Below are positions 63,541 through 64,000 of a stretch of 64,000 bases of DNA, piece by piece. Source of the DNA: Leptospirales bacterium. GTDB lineage: Bacteria; Spirochaetota; Leptospiria; Turneriellales; JAOUFE01. How positions within the stretch are numbered: the first letter of the stretch is position 1; each line of letters opens with the position of its first letter. The stretch is from the NCBI GenBank assembly GCA_040326155.1, contig JBEQLE010000003.1, forward strand, positions 45,387 to 109,386, in the 5' to 3' direction. The position numbers were made by a program, and so were the translations under genes. The notes under the pieces were generated by a model that saw only the letters and a list, made by a program, of their open reading frames with translations, had not been told where the DNA came from and did no database searches.

Positions 63541-64000
63541 TTACAACACTTTTTTATCAAAACCCATCGTTTGAAGTATTCTTTCTAAATTTTCAAGATC
63601 AAAATAATCTATTACAATTGTTCCTTTTTTAGCTTTATTATCATGTTTTACCAATACCCTGGTTTGCAAATGTTCCCCAAGTTCTAATGCTAAACTATCG
63701 GCTTCTTTAGAATTTTTATTCACTTTCTTTTTGTCAACGGGGGGCCTGGCATTCGGGCGGTATTGTTTTGTAAGTTCTTCGGCTTGCCGCGCTGTCAGTT
63801 GGTTTCTTAGTATTTCGTTCGCAAGTCTGGCTTGTACGGCTTCATTTTCAATAGCCAGAAGCGGTCGAACCTGTCCTTCTGTAATTCGACGGTCCGCCAA
63901 TGCGGCTTTAATCTGAGCAGGCAATTTCAGCAAACGAACTCTGTTTGCTATAGTGGAACGGTCTTTACCAACCCTTTGTGAAACATCTTCCTGAGACATC
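63541..64000 (-). CDS. parB: ParB/Spo0J partition protein, C-terminal part (partial)
   Basis: HTH SQEDVSQRVGKDRSTIANRVRLLKLP; GTIVIDY...LERIL dimerisation tail. Confidence 0.92.
   Translation of the reverse strand, partial: MSQEDVSQRVGKDRSTIANRVRLLKLPAQIKAALADRRITEGQVRPLLAIENEAVQARLANEILRNQLTARQAEELTKQYRPNARPPVDKKKVNKNSKEADSLALELGEHLQTRVLVKHDNKAKKGTIVIDYFDLENLERILQTMGFDKKVL

Overview
AT-rich bacterial chromosomal window, most likely from a member of the Leptospiraceae/Leptospirales (spirochaete). The indicators are Leptospira-type flaA2-flaA1 followed by a 925-aa N-terminally extended GreA, and many spirochaetal lipoproteins. It is mostly housekeeping DNA: tRNA-Val, thrS, two-subunit class I fumarase, cinA, alr, a complete F1Fo atp operon, kdsA, hemH, pdxH, tmRNA, dksA, panD, thiC, pheA, scpAB, trpS, thiS, rsmE, greA, flaA1/2 and partial parB. 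Signalling genes include PilZ, STAS, REC-PAS-GGDEF-EAL and a SpoIIE pair. There is an orphan N6-adenine DNA methyltransferase and no visible transposase, integrase or CRISPR array. The most unusual observation is an unannotated 82-nt non-coding element present twice (23572-23653 and 34445-34526; 52/83 identical by manual alignment). It shows compensatory stem changes and lies on the minus strand ahead of the atp operon and ahead of a metalloprotease-lipoprotein operon with three paralogous beta-sandwich genes, making it a candidate new cis-regulatory RNA or riboswitch. All calls come from motif recognition only; no searches were run.
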